Shown: positions 49,796-62,562, counted from the whole stretch's first letter. The stretch is DNA of 63,102 nt, filler included, from Octopus bimaculoides (GCF_001194135.2; 5 parts of 5 records of this genome joined end to end with filler, not necessarily neighbours in it), one strand, 5' to 3'. Made by a program: numbers and translations. Notes: generated from the letters alone by a model not told the origin.

Positions 49796-51053
49796 TTCAT
49801 TGAGATTTTGATGATGTGATTGTTTACCTTTAGAATGACATTGTAGGGTTGTTGTGAGAGGCCAGATCAGGTTAGTTTGAAAATAAAACAGGTTGAATAT
49901 TTGGACTGGATATGACCAGTTATAATTCCAAAGAGTTAAACCCAACTCAACTTTGATCAAAAGTAATCTAGCTGTGATCACCTCATCCAAAGACAATGAT
50001 TTCAATATTAAACTTTTCAAGGCATCACTCTATTTTTTAAAACAGCTGTATGTGACAGAAAGTTGATTTGACTGTCATTTCAAGCTGGTTGCCTGACCAC
50101 ATAGAAACCTATTTGTTGGATTATGAGAGATTTGTAACTTAATGAAAAAAACCATTATCAGGTTCAAGTTTGCTGGAAAAATACACAATAAATTTGCAAT
50201 TTTTTAATGTGTGTCCTTATGGGTTTATTGAGGGAAAAAGAGAAAATATCCGACACTGAATGTCTTCATATTGTTTTATTTAATTCCTAGGTTGTCTATT
50301 TTTAACACAATTTTCTTTCTACATTCAGTTATTGTTATTTATTTATTTTGGCATTAATTAATTATTTTTCATGTGCCATTGTTTTACTGTGATAATGAAA
50401 ACTTCCTCATTCTCACAGTTATATTTTTATCTCTTCTGATGTAATAGAAATAAGGTGCAACCAGGAGAATTATAACAATAGAATAAGCTAGAATAACTTC
50501 TGGTCAGCACATGACCAAGGTGTCAGGTTTTCAGAAGGTCTAAAGTTACATTCACGTGTTTAACCTAATTAGTGAAGTTGAAGACAGAAAAAAATGTGAG
50601 AATGTGAGAGAGAGAGAGAAGTTTTAAAAGTTCCTAATGAATAATTTATCAATTTTTCAGAGGCTATATATTTAACAATTTCATGATAGTTGTTGGACTC
50701 AGGACCTGAATGACTCTATGACTGAGTGGTTGTGTGAATCTGCTTCTTTCATCAACATATGCTGACTGCAACATTGGAAGACTAAGAACAACTGTGTAGA
50801 TTTATACAGGTACTCATCCTTCCAGGTATGTTCATCAAAACATTAAGCTTCATTAATTATCTGTTTCAGTTCATTTTTAACTTAACAGGATTGTACATAA
50901 TGTTAATCTTGAAAATTTCAGTTTCATTGGTTGTCATAAATTAATAAAGATAGAGGTGGAACTAAAGATGTTCAGATCTAAAGACGTTTTAATGACCCTA
51001 TATCTAAAAAATAACCTTTAGACTTTCAGGGTCCATGAAATAATAATATATCA

Positions 51054-51299
51054 TAAAGAATAAAACTTTAGAATGGTACAACAATGCTCTATAAAACAAG
51101 AAATAGACTATATACCTGTTGTAATTTGGTTATCTATAGTCCGATGATATTTCGGAATTACAATTCCTTCTTCAGATCTTCTTAAGGAATTGTAATTCCG
51201 AAATATCATCGGACTATAGATAACCAAATTACAACAGGTATATAGTCCATTTCTTGTTTTATAGTGCATTGTTGTACCATTCTAAACTTTTATTCTTTA
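51054..51299. repeat. Palindrome (116-bp arms, 3 mismatches, 14-nt loop) centred on a hammerhead motif
   Basis: 51054-51169 is the reverse complement of 51184-51299. Confidence 0.95.
51143..51178 (-). ncRNA. Type I hammerhead-like motif spanning the palindrome loop
   Basis: gat CTGAAGA a ggaatt gt aattcc GAAA TA TC atc; helix I gat/atc; palindromic helix III ATAT. Confidence 0.55.
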
Positions 51300-51757
51300 C
51301 AAACAATACACAATGCTTCAAGTGAACTACAATACTCTCCTATCCTATATATCATAAAATTGTGGGTTATTAGAATATATATTTTTACCTTTAAACAAAA
51401 ATATCCAACAGAACCTCTTGCCTTAAACTAACTTTGTGTGGGCCTCCACAACAACTTGAGTCAAAGGGGTACCAAGTAAAAAGCTTGTCTTAATATAATG
51501 TATCCAGGGAATGCAAGCCAAATGGAGCCAAATCAGAATTAACCTTGAAAGAATTACAAAATCTTGAGTTTATCAAATTTTTAAAACTAAACCTCAAATG
51601 TTTTTGGATTGTTGCATCATTGATATAATTAGAAAAAATACCCTTGATAGTTTTCCAACTAAGAAAATGCAGTACTTAATTAAAACATTAGAATTACATG
51701 CTAAAATTTAGGTAAAAAATCTTAAATTTGTACAGTTGTATATCTTTTAATAGCAAT

Positions 51758-51968
51758 CTTTTCTACTCTAGGCACAAGGCCTGAAATTTTGGGGGAGGGG
51801 CCAGTCAATTAGATCGACCCTAGTATGCAACTGGTACTTAATTTATTGACCCCAAAACAATGAAAGGCAAAGTTGACGTTGGAGGAATTTGAACTCAGAA
51901 CGTAAAGACAGAAGAAATACAGCTAAGCATCCACCTGGCATGCTCATGATTCTGCCAGCTCACCACCT
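51758..51968 (-). mobile_element. SINE family A with 15-bp TSD
   Basis: TSD tcttttaatagcaat at 51743-51757 and 51969-51983. Confidence 0.9.
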
Positions 51969-53444
51969 TCTTTTAATAGCAATTGATCACAACAGGGCAT
52001 ATTTTCTTCTAACTTCTTTTACAAAATTGTGTCGAGTCACTTAAATTTAAACTTGACATAAATTTCAATTGGAGTGTTCCACAAATAATTTCATATTGTT
52101 GTTAATACTGATCTTGCATTAAATTAGTTAATTCTATTTAAGCAGGCCAATGATGCAGTGGCAGCATAGGAATCTAAGGTTACCTGTTGTTTGGCCCTTA
52201 GGAAACCCCAACTGTGCAGACCAATTATCAAAATTAGTCTGGTCACAATGATCCAATCTTTCTTCCAAGCATTGTGTATTTAGGACTACATTATCCAATG
52301 TGTCTCTTCCTTTTGAAGATGGTTAGGTGTAAATTTGAGGAAATGTGAGATAAGGTAAGCTGTATTATAGTTTGGTTTGGGACCAAATGGCACACTCTGC
52401 CTTATATTCATAAGACAACCATAGAATTACATTGAAAGATACGAGGATAAGCTAGAACACTGATAGATTAAGTATTTAATAATTTGGTGCTAACTCCACA
52501 GAAGGTCTTCTAGAATGACTTCAGAGGAACATTATACTTTTCAGGAATATTTGGAATTTATGGCCCATGATCTCCAAACTTTCTAATTATTTCACATCCA
52601 TTGTCACTTTACTCCACCCTTTTTTATACTTTTTAAAATCATATACACTGATTATTAATCAATTACCAGAATCAGTGTGCGTGTGTATTAATATTGTGAC
52701 ACTACCATTTCTTATATCCTGTCAAGGTGTTCACAAATAGATTTATTATATCACTCTTACAGAATAAATATTCTGATAACAACTGAGTGAACATAGTTTT
52801 ATTCTTCTGCAGCAAGTTAGCCCTTTGCTTATCTAAAGCATTTTCACAAGATTGTCCTAAACAGCCTCCATATTTGTTTTCAGACCTGTTAGTCTTTGTG
52901 TCATATGTTCTGAGTAGCATAAAACTTACTTTCCTTTCATAAGTTCAAAGTTACTTTAGTAGTTGAAAACACTTGGGAATATGTATCATATGATGCATAG
53001 GTGCTAGGGAAATATGTCCTGCATTTAACATATAATACACACATAATGGGTTAAGTTGGAAGAAGAGAACAGAATTCTTTGCCTATGTAAATGAGATTTA
53101 ATCCAACTAAAACAGTTTAAATAGGGTAATATATTAAAATTGCCTCCTTGCACTTTTTTATTTAATATCTTTTGTGTTCTGATTTTTTTTTTAATCTTGA
53201 ACCATGAGGATTCAATATTTAGAGATGGTTACTTTATAAATTTCTGACTGTTTTCCAGAAATTTATAACAAGATGTGATCCTCTGACCAGTCTTGGAGGG
53301 CATGTCTCTGAATGAAATCTCTGTTAGGACATGATGACTCTTCTAACCATGAAAAACAGAAGTTAAATGACAATGGTGATGAGGATGACACCCGTTATAT
53401 CTGTCTGTCTGTTTGTCTACCTGAATGTGTGTGTGTGTGTATGC

Positions 53445-53710
53445 AGCACTCTATGCTAGATCATGGTTTCAATTTCCTGATCAGGCAGGGCATTGAGTTC
53501 TTGAACAAAACACTTCAATTCATGTTGCTCTGCAATCATTTTGACATTCGATGTGCATTACATTAGTGCAACTGTCCAGGTAATGTTGATTCGATAGAGA
53601 AAGTAAGCTTATGTGAACACAAACATTTGATCACCATGAACAAATCATCTGAGTGATAATTCAGCAAGATATTGCTGAACCCTCATCCATTATCTAATGA
53701 AAGGAGAGTC
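53445..53710 (+). mobile_element. Diverged SINE family C
   Basis: gatcatggtttcaatttcc...gagttcttgaacaaaacacttcaattcatgttgctctgcaatc. Confidence 0.55.
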
Positions 53711-53716
53711 CATAAT

Positions 53717-53771
<55 letters not shown>

Positions 53772-53857
53772 GAGAATGGAGAAACAAACGCAAGAAGAAG
53801 CAAGTCAATTGGGCTAGTTAGCCATTGATTTAATTATGTGGAGATTATATAATGAGT

Positions 53858-53909
53858 CATTTACGATCGTTTCAATGTGCCAAATGGTTTGGCAGATCTC
53901 TTCAGAATG
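53858..53909 (-). ncRNA. Type I hammerhead ribozyme, canonical core
   Basis: catt CTGAAGA gat c tgccaaa cca tttggca c att GAAAC gatc GTA aatg. Helix I catt/aatg, extended helix II, palindromic helix III ACGATCGT, GUA cleavage triplet. Confidence 0.7.
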
Positions 53910-54041
53910 TTGAGAAGTATGTTAGAGTTCATACTATCCCCTGGTTGCTTAGATACTTCAGACTACCCTTGAAATATTGAAGCAATCCTATCATTTACCT
54001 ATATATGTATATATATATATATACAACACTTACACATACAC

Positions 54042-54085
<44 letters not shown>

Positions 54086-55093
54086 NNNNNNNNNNNNNNN
54101 NNNNNNNNNNNNNNNNNNNNNNNNNNNNNNNNNNNNNNNNNNNNNNNNNNNNNNNNNNNNNNNNNNNNNNNNNNNNNNNNNNNNNNNNNNNNNNNNNCAT
54201 GCCCTCCAAGACTGGTCAGAGGATCACATCTTGTTATAAATTTCTGGAAAACAGTCAGAAATATATATATATATATATATTAAAAATGAGAAATACTTCA
54301 TATATATATATATATATGTATATATATACGCATGCATACATGTGCACACACACACACATGCACACATACACAAATGTATATAGTCAACTACCCATGTAAA
54401 TCCATCAAATGGGAATTACTTAGTTTCAAATTTCAGATATTTATTAATTTTAGACATTTTTCATAACATTTTGTAGAAAACAATTACTCAGTTTCATTTA
54501 TTTAAAATATATTTGTATTTTCTAAAACCAATTTTTCAATTCAGAAATAATAGCTGTTATCCTTTCCTGAGTTCCTGGTTTTGGATTTACCAAAACTATT
54601 TATGAAGATGGGTGAGTATAACCATTTATAATAATTGTTTTTATAATAATTGTTTTTATAACACAATATATATAACAATCTAATAAGCAAAAGAGGTAAA
54701 TGTTTAATATACTAGACAACTAGATGATTGGTAAACTTAGTATTATGTCTGTGGCTAAGACATCTATCTCTCATACTGCCTACTCCACCAAGCTGTAAAT
54801 AAGTAAATTGACAAATAGTTTGTTAGCTTGTAGAGTACGATTCAACTTTGTGGGTAGGATTTGAACAATGAGCACTAGTTTACATTGATAATGGATTCAA
54901 ACTAGTCCCAAATACTAGGAAATATTTGGGGAATAAACTGAGAGATCAAACTCCCATCAACCAAGAGATCTAACACTAAGATCAGTTGAGAGAGTAAATT
55001 CTGAGCAGGAGTTCCTTAAGAAAGTACTGCATTGTTAACAGTGTATGTATGTATGTGTGTGTGTATGTATGTATGTGTGTGTGTGTATGTATG

Positions 55094-55124
<31 letters not shown>

Positions 55125-55624
55125 TAAGACAGGAATTTCTGGTATTTGTTTTAATTGTGTAGTTACAATTGTTTCAATACAACATGGGGAATGCGTTTCA
55201 TGAACATTCAACTAAAGGTGGTGCCCCAGCATGGCCATAGGCAAATGACTGAAACAAGTAAGAGAATAAAAAGAAAAAAGAATATATATGCTATGAATTC
55301 ATTATATTTGTATTAATATAAATATTTATGCATATGAAATGTATTTCTCACGTTCTATTGCGACAATTGTAAATACAGAATTAAAAATAATGTCATAAAT
55401 TTCACTTCTTGTTTTAATATATCCTTACTCTATGACTAATATACTTGACTGGGAATTTCAAATGTATAACCAGTTTTTTCTTAGAGTACATTTGTACAAT
55501 TGATAGCTAAGTTTTGCAGAAGTGCTTCATGTGGACACAGCTTGGATTTTAATCCTTTTCATATCTTATATACACATATACCTACCTACCTACCTACTTA
55601 CCTACGTATCTATCTATCTATCTA

Positions 55625-55664
<40 letters not shown>

Positions 55665-55798
55665 CATACATATATTTATACATACACACATACATACATA
55701 GATACTTGCATGCATACACATATATATGTATATAGACATACATACATGCATACATGCATATATATATATATATATATATGAATGTTGANNNNNNNNNN

Positions 55799-55841
<43 letters not shown>

Positions 55842-57384
55842 GAGAGAGAGGGAGAGTCAACATCCATTGATAAGGTTGCAAAAGCAATGAAAATTTTGGA
55901 AGAAAAAATAAAAAATAAATGGAGTGGAAATTGAACTGGTAAGTGTGTTAGATAATAACACAGTAAGACAATATGACTCTCTCCAGACACAATACACACA
56001 CACACACACCCATTCACACATATATATACACNNNNNNNNNNNNNNNNNNNNNNNNNNNNNNNNNNNNNNNNNNNNNNNNNNNNNNNNNNNNNNNNNNNNN
56101 NNNNNNNNNNNNNNNNNNNNNNNNNNNNNNNNNNNNNNNNNNNNNNNNNNNNNNNNNNNNNNNNNNNNNNNNNNNNNNNNNNNNNNNNNNNNNNNNNNNN
56201 NNNNNNNNNNNNNNNNNNNNNNNNNNNNNNNNNNNNNNNNNNNNNNNNNNNNNNNNNNNNNNNNNNNNNNNNNNNNNNNNNNNNNNNNNNNNNNNNNNNN
56301 NNNNNNNNNNNNNNNNNNNNNNNNNNNNNNNNNNNNNNNNNNNNNNNNNNNNNNNNNNNNNNNNNNNNNNNNNNNNNNNNNNNNNNNNNNNNNNNNNNNN
56401 NNNNNNNNNNNNNNNNNNNNNNNNNNNNNNNNNNNNNNNNNNNNNNNNNNNNNNNNNNNNNNNNNNNNNNNNNNNNNNNNNNNNNNNNNNNNNNNNNNNN
56501 NNNNNNNNNNNNNNNNNNNNNNNNNNNNNNNNNNNNNNNNNNNNNNNNNNNNNNNNNNNNNNNNNNNNNNNNNNNNNNNNNNNNNNNNNNNNNNNNNNNN
56601 NNNNNNNNNNNNNNNNNNNNNNNNNNNNNNNNNNNNNNNNNNNNNNNNNNNNNNNNNNNNNNNNNNNNNNNNNNNNNNNNNNNNNNNNNNNNNNNNNNNN
56701 NNNNNNNNNNNNNNNNNNNNNNNNNNNNNNNNNNNNNNNNNNNNNNNNNNNNNNNNNNNNNNNNNNNNNNNNNNNNNNNNNNNNNNNNNNNNNNNNNNNN
56801 NNNNNNNNNNNNNNNNNNNNNNNNNNNNNNNNNNNNNNNNNNNNNNNNNNNNNNNNNNNNNNNNNNNNNNNNNNNNNNNNNNNNNNNNNNNNNNNNNNNN
56901 NNNNATAAACATTGTTTTTCTAAATACTGTCTTACTTACTGGATACAGTCCAATGATTAAAATCAGTAAAAGAATATAAAAGTAACAATACAGACACACA
57001 CATACACGTCGATGGTGAATTTATAAAGTAACATAAAAGATAATCTGAGCAACGTAGCTGGGAAACTTTCTTGATTTCAACAAAAATCCCAGGTTGATCT
57101 ACCAATAAAACTATTTTAACATGTTTGGTGACTAAATATATATATTGATTGTCATCTCGTGAAACAAGATGTTCTTATAACAATAGATAAAACTTGAACT
57201 GTTTTTTCTCACACTGAAGAACAGGTGAAAATACTTCTGTCAGTGACATCACGTGTCCGGTTCTGAGAAACAGAAACAGATTTTGCAATTAAGAAATTAC
57301 TCACCTGGCAACATTTATGAGTTTGACTCTCGTGTCAGGTGGACAAAGTGGATTTTCTTACACTGATCCCTTCCATAATTATCA

Positions 57385-57490
57385 TTGCCATTATCATCAT
57401 CATCATCATCATCATCATCCTCACTCCACCACCACCACCACCACCACCACCATCACCACCACCACCACCACCATCACTACCATCTTCATT
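57385..57490. repeat. (CAT)n(CAC)n microsatellite
   Basis: Direct reading. Confidence 0.9.
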
Positions 57491-58229
57491 ATGAGATAAA
57501 AAAGACAGTAGATGTTACAGAAGTAAAGGTAACGTGTATGTTCTATGTGTGCGTATGTATGATGATCTTAATGTGTAATAGGTCGTTCTACAACCATTCA
57601 CATCCACCCACTCACACACATGCATCCATACACACCTACCCACTTAGATACTTCTTCACACACCAGTCATCATTATAGTGCTCTGCCAGTAGAAGAGTTG
57701 ATCTCATCATCCATTGAATTCTCACAAATGCTCACGCATGCACATACACACACACAATACTCACACACACATATTTTCATAATTATCATTTTCATTACTT
57801 TACATCTGCTTTCCATGCAGCCATGGGGTGGATAGGTCATTGCTATTCTCCTAGACAGGCCAAGGAGTGACATACTGCCCATAGTTTTCATTTGGGGCTT
57901 GACTTCTATGACCGGATGTCCTTTCTTATACCAGCCACTTTACAGAACATATGGGGAGCATTTTTTTCATGACATCATCCACAGGGCTGGATTAAGACCC
58001 ATAGAGGTACTAAGCACTCAGAAGGTTTAGGTGCCCTCAAGTATATATGTAAATAGTTCAAAATGTAAACAGAACAAATTAAAAATGTAAACGATAATAA
58101 ACCATAAAATAAATTTTTATTTTTCAAAATGAAACAAAATTCCCAGTAAGATGGAAAATAATGTTTATTTTTGTATGCTTCCATTTTATTTATGTTTGAA
58201 AAGTTTTCTCCTTTTTTTTTTCTAATTGC

Positions 58230-58805
58230 AAAGTGTTCTTATCTGAGAAAAACGAAAGCATGTTTGGTTGGAAGTTTGTTCAAAAGATTCGTTGCATAGC
58301 CTTTCCTCTTGTCTTTGATGGGTTGGGATAAAAATTGGCCCTTTCTCATCTTGTATGAGGAATACCAAATGTCTTCACGAACTACCTGCCTGATAAAAAA
58401 ACTCAGACACTCCCATGTCCGTGGCAAAGAACCTGATTGATTTGGAGGGATCATTGTCAATCATGTCCTGGATCTCACCAACAAATTCAGGAGTTCTTTT
58501 CTTATCAGAACAATCAGAGTGAGTTTTCTGAGCTGCTGTACCTTTGTAATCACCATTAGATTCATCCAATTCTTTCCAAATCCTCTGCACTGTCCTCAGA
58601 TTGACACCTAGACACTCTGAAATGTTCATATTGGAGCTTCTGGCATGAATGCCAAGCAGTACAGCATGTCATTTCCAAGTTTCTGGCAGAGTGAATTGGA
58701 TCATAGTACTATTTTTCTCACAGTTGGTGCCCAACTCTCCTTACTATACTGTGTAGTTGACAAATTAAAAATATAAAATGGCAACAATTTACCCATCGCA
58801 CCCTG
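58230..58805 (-). mobile_element. 5' half of a maT-family element (same family as 48970)
   Basis: TA|CAGGGTGCGATGGGTAAATT TIR; MIQFTLPETWK*HAVLLGIHARSSNMNISECLGVNLRTVQRI...DPSKSIR...SYKMRKGQFLS. Ends near the first catalytic Asp. Confidence 0.85.
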
Positions 58806-58927
58806 TATATATGTGTATATACACAAACACATACAAATGTATGTGTTTATGCAAGTGTGTGTATGTATCTATATGCTTTAATGCATTCAAATATACTAAC
58901 ATATATATATATGTGAATACTTACACT

Positions 58928-58961
<34 letters not shown>

Positions 58962-59003
58962 TACATATAAATTAACGTGATAAAATGTTTTATTTTTTTT
59001 CAG

Positions 59004-59183
59004 CTGAACATACAACTGAGAATTCTGTGGAAACAACGCCATATCATGGAGATAAAATTTTGCCAGAAGAAGATATCATTATCATTATTATTGCTGCCAT
59101 ATCTTCAATTTGTCTCTTAGCAGTCATACTTGCCTGCATTTGGCGGAAAGTGTCAAAGAGAAAGGAAGATGATATGGAATCTG
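59004..59183 (+). CDS. Internal exon encoding stalk, transmembrane helix and basic stop-transfer of an unidentified type I membrane protein
   Basis: ttttattttttttcag|CT...TCTG|gtgagg, 180 nt, phase 1-1. Reads (A)EHTTENSVETTPYHGDKILPEEDIIIIIIAAISSICLLAVILACIWRKVSKRKEDDMES. Confidence 0.75.
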
Positions 59184-59231
59184 GTGAGGACAGTATATTT
59201 TATCATTGTCAAGAATAAATTTATAATGTAC

Positions 59232-59265
<34 letters not shown>

Positions 59266-59543
59266 TTATCTATCTTTCTGTCTGTTTGCATGAAATAGAG
59301 AGTAGTAAAACAGTCAACAACTGACAAGCAAGTTATCTTCTCTTGATATTTTGTCCTGTATTTACCTCTCATGTGTTTATGTATTTTTTACTCTTTGGTG
59401 ATGTCCTGTACTTAATGTGTATTTTTTTATTTATACAACTATANNNNNNNNNNNNNNNNNNNNNNNNNNNNNNNNNNNNNNNNNNNNTTAATTAATTAAN
59501 NNNNNNNNNNNNNNNNNNNNNNNNNNNNNNNNNNNNNNNNNNN

Positions 59544-59670
59544 GAGAGAGAGAGAGAGGAAAGAGAGAGAGAGAGAGGAAAGAGAGAGAGAGAGAGGAAA
59601 GAGAGAGAGAGAGAGGAAAGAGAGAGAGAGAGAGGAAAGAGAGAGAGAGGAAAGAGAGAGAGAGAGAGAG
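59544..59670. repeat. (GA)n punctuated by GGAAA units
   Basis: Direct reading. Confidence 0.85.
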
Positions 59671-60224
59671 TAGCTGCGTTTTTCAGTGAATTTGTATTAT
59701 CAGTTTGTGACCAATTTGGTTCTATTACAACAATATTTTACTAGCGTGGTGACACTTTTAACCCTTTTAGATACTGCGATGTGGTACTTAGTTACGATTC
59801 AATGAAACAAGAGATCTGAAGAACGATGGCAGTCATCGCATTATGTGTATTCGTATTAGACTATTTGAATCACAAGTTATGTCTAGTAGCTGCGTCAATG
59901 CAGGATATTCTTGAACGAAGTATTGAATGGAGAAAAACTGAGACGCAATAGATAAGTGTGGTCTTACTGACATTCATTAGATACCGTTATGGTAGCAATC
60001 ACCAAGTCTTCACTCAAAGAATTCATCGATCCAGGTATTTGACTCGAAGATTGCTGAAGAACAATCGAAAAAAATAGGTGATAATTTGGAGGATACAGAA
60101 GTGCTGTAGACCCACCCATTCAAGCTAGTAGAGAGCATATGAAGTGAAATAGTGATGTAAAGCGTGAGAGTTATCGTGTTGAAGTAGAACGCTATGTTGA
60201 CGGTCGTGTTGATTGGACCTTACC

Positions 60225-60725
60225 CATCAAGTAAAGGTGACGAGCGACAGTATTATGAGAATATTTCATCTGCATGGACAATTTTCTAATGATTTAGTGC
60301 GGATCCTCGTGGATATATTCTTCAATCGATTCTCTTTGAACTGAAGATACCGGCCAGACTGCGGAGAGCTTGTGAGATCGAAGTTTTCCTCCATAAAACG
60401 TGAAAACCGTCTCGGTGCAGTTGTTTCAATAACAGCACTATCTCCATACACAGCATAAATGTCACGAACGGCTCTGACAGTTTTGGAACCATGACTGGAA
60501 TTAAAAGAAACAGGTATTGAAAATACTAATTTCTTTCCACTTGGCGTTCCATCGCCATCTGTCTAACAGAGGTAAAATTTATTCAAATTTCAAAAACGAT
60601 AAAGAAACGTTGTAGAGGAAGAATAGAACTACGAAAATAAAATCAAAATACAACGAAGAAAATATCTTTCATCTCATTTAAAGTAACACTGGAAAGTAAC
60701 GAACTACTTTAACAGACAAAGTAAT
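60225..60725 (-). mobile_element. mariner 5' remnant
   Basis: MERQVERN*YFQ...AVRDIYAVYGDSAVIETTAPRRFSRFMEENFDLTSSPQSGR...HNTVARHLYLMGKV. Confidence 0.75.
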
Positions 60726-60815
60726 CCGTACAAAGGAACATAAAATGATAGAGAAACAGATAAAAATATATTATGTATTAAAATGAAATATATTGCGATG
60801 CACTTTTGACATTTG

Positions 60816-60857
<42 letters not shown>

Positions 60858-60989
60858 AAGGTACCATTATGGCCCCTGGTTAACAAAATCACTGAGCAAC
60901 CACAGGACTTAAGTTTCAGTCCGTACTGGGCATTAAATTTCTTGTACAACCCTAGGCTGAAAAATACACTGTGAATGAAATTTGAGGAA

Positions 60990-61545
60990 ACAAATCGTTT
61001 ATACACACACACACACATACATACATACATACATACATACATACATACATACACACACACATACATACACACATACATACACACATACATACATACATAC
61101 ATACATACATACATACATACATACATACCTACCTACATACATACACACACACATACATACATACACACACACATACATACATACATACTTACACACATAC
61201 ATACATACATACATACATACATACATACAAAATGTAGCTACATGTGGATTGTTGGCGATTTATTCCACTGTCCTCCTTTTCTTTTGGACTTTCCTCTGTC
61301 TCCTGTCTCTGAAAACCATCATATATAAAGCAGAAATAAACAGCAAATATTTCAAACGTACATACATATACACACACGTACACATACATACACACATACA
61401 CACACATACATACATACACACACATACACATACATACATACATACATACATGCATATGTACGTACATACATACATACATATATACATATGCACACATATA
61501 CATACACACATACATACATACGTACATACGTACATACATACATAA
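60990..61545. repeat. Long compound (TACA)n/(CA)n microsatellite field
   Basis: Direct reading. Source of the HTYI/MYVC pseudo-ORFs. Confidence 0.9.
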
Positions 61546-61554
61546 GTGTAGGGA

Positions 61555-61830
61555 ATGGAGTAGATAAAATCCAATTATCACTAATATCGCCACCCTTTTG
61601 GGCAATTACTACATCCACGCGAGAACGAAACCATTTTGAAGCTGCCGCAACCTCCGACCTTTTGATTTTGCGTGTCGCACACACGATGCAGGTCTTCGAA
61701 CTGTTGACACTCGAGTGTGGTGAAGCATTAGTACTTGCTTGAAGTACACCTCATAAAAAGTATTCGAGAAGGTTCTAGATCTGGTTTATTACTGGGCCAA
61801 ATGTTGGCCCTCATAAAAAATGGTACCTTC
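61555..61830 (-). mobile_element. Tc1/maT-like transposase C-terminal remnant
   Basis: WPSNKPDLEPS...PHSSVNSSKTCIVCATRKIKRSEVAAASKWFRSRVDVVIAQKGGDI resembles WPPNSPDLNPLD...FRSRIEAVI...G..IE. Confidence 0.6.
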
Positions 61831-61914
61831 TCACCATGGAAGGTTTGTGTTGCTTTTGTCTCATGGCATGAGAGAAAGAGAGAGAGAGAGAAAGAGAGAA
61901 AGAGAAAGAGAGAG

Positions 61915-61945
<31 letters not shown>

Positions 61946-62325
61946 GAGAAAGAGAGAGAAAGAGAGAGAGATGGGTAGATAGATAAATATAAATACCTTA
62001 TTCTTTTACTTGTTTCTGTCATTAGACTGCGAACATGCTGCAGCACCGCCTATACTAACATCCATGTATGCATACATATATATATATATATATATTCTTT
62101 TCGTTCTTGGACTCCCCAAGCTCGCACGGAATTCTTTGCCCCTCCTGTTCGTGTTTCACAGAGTTCAATACATACACACTTCACGTCTGGCTGTACAGCC
62201 TTTTTGCTTGTTTGCTTATTCACCGTTCCGTTTTCCTGTCTTGTTTTCCGTCCGCCACTACCCTCCACGAAAAAATTTAATTTGTGTTCGTGGGAAGAAC
62301 CATTTCAACGATGCGTACTGCCTTA

Positions 62326-62373
62326 ATTCTTCGAAACGCCGGTGTTTTAATGGTGGCAGCTGATGAAGGAGAT
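62326..62373 (+). ncRNA. Degenerate permuted (type II order) hammerhead-like motif in a Penelope-like end
   Basis: tcttc GAAAC gccg GTG ttttaatggtggcag CTGATGA a ggaga. Helix II tcttc/ggaga; G17 and weak helix I imply it is inactive. Confidence 0.35.
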
Positions 62374-62523
62374 GTTTCTATGTGACTTGCTTGTTTGCTG
62401 TACCTTGTTTATCATTTTGTCCATGTTCTTTTGCCACGCCATGTACCCAGTTATGTATCTATATGTACATGTAGATGAAGGTATGTACATACATGTACAT
62501 ATATATGCATATACTCATATATT

Positions 62524-62562
<39 letters not shown>

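Noticed and set aside
50661-50825. Exon-like segment with good acceptor (tttttcag) and donor (ccag|gtatgt)
   Set aside because: Stops in all three frames. It could be a UTR or non-coding exon, but the sequence alone cannot support it.
54545-54611. Possible exon IIAVILS*VPGFGFTKTIYEDG|gtgagt
   Set aside because: In-frame TGA, no Sec evidence, and the alternative acceptor would be a rare GAG.
59816-59838. CTGAAGA followed by a cgatg/catcg hairpin
   Set aside because: No GAAA or helix III follows, so it is not a hammerhead.
60704-61684. HTYI/MYVC repeat ORFs
   Set aside because: (TACA)n microsatellite translations.
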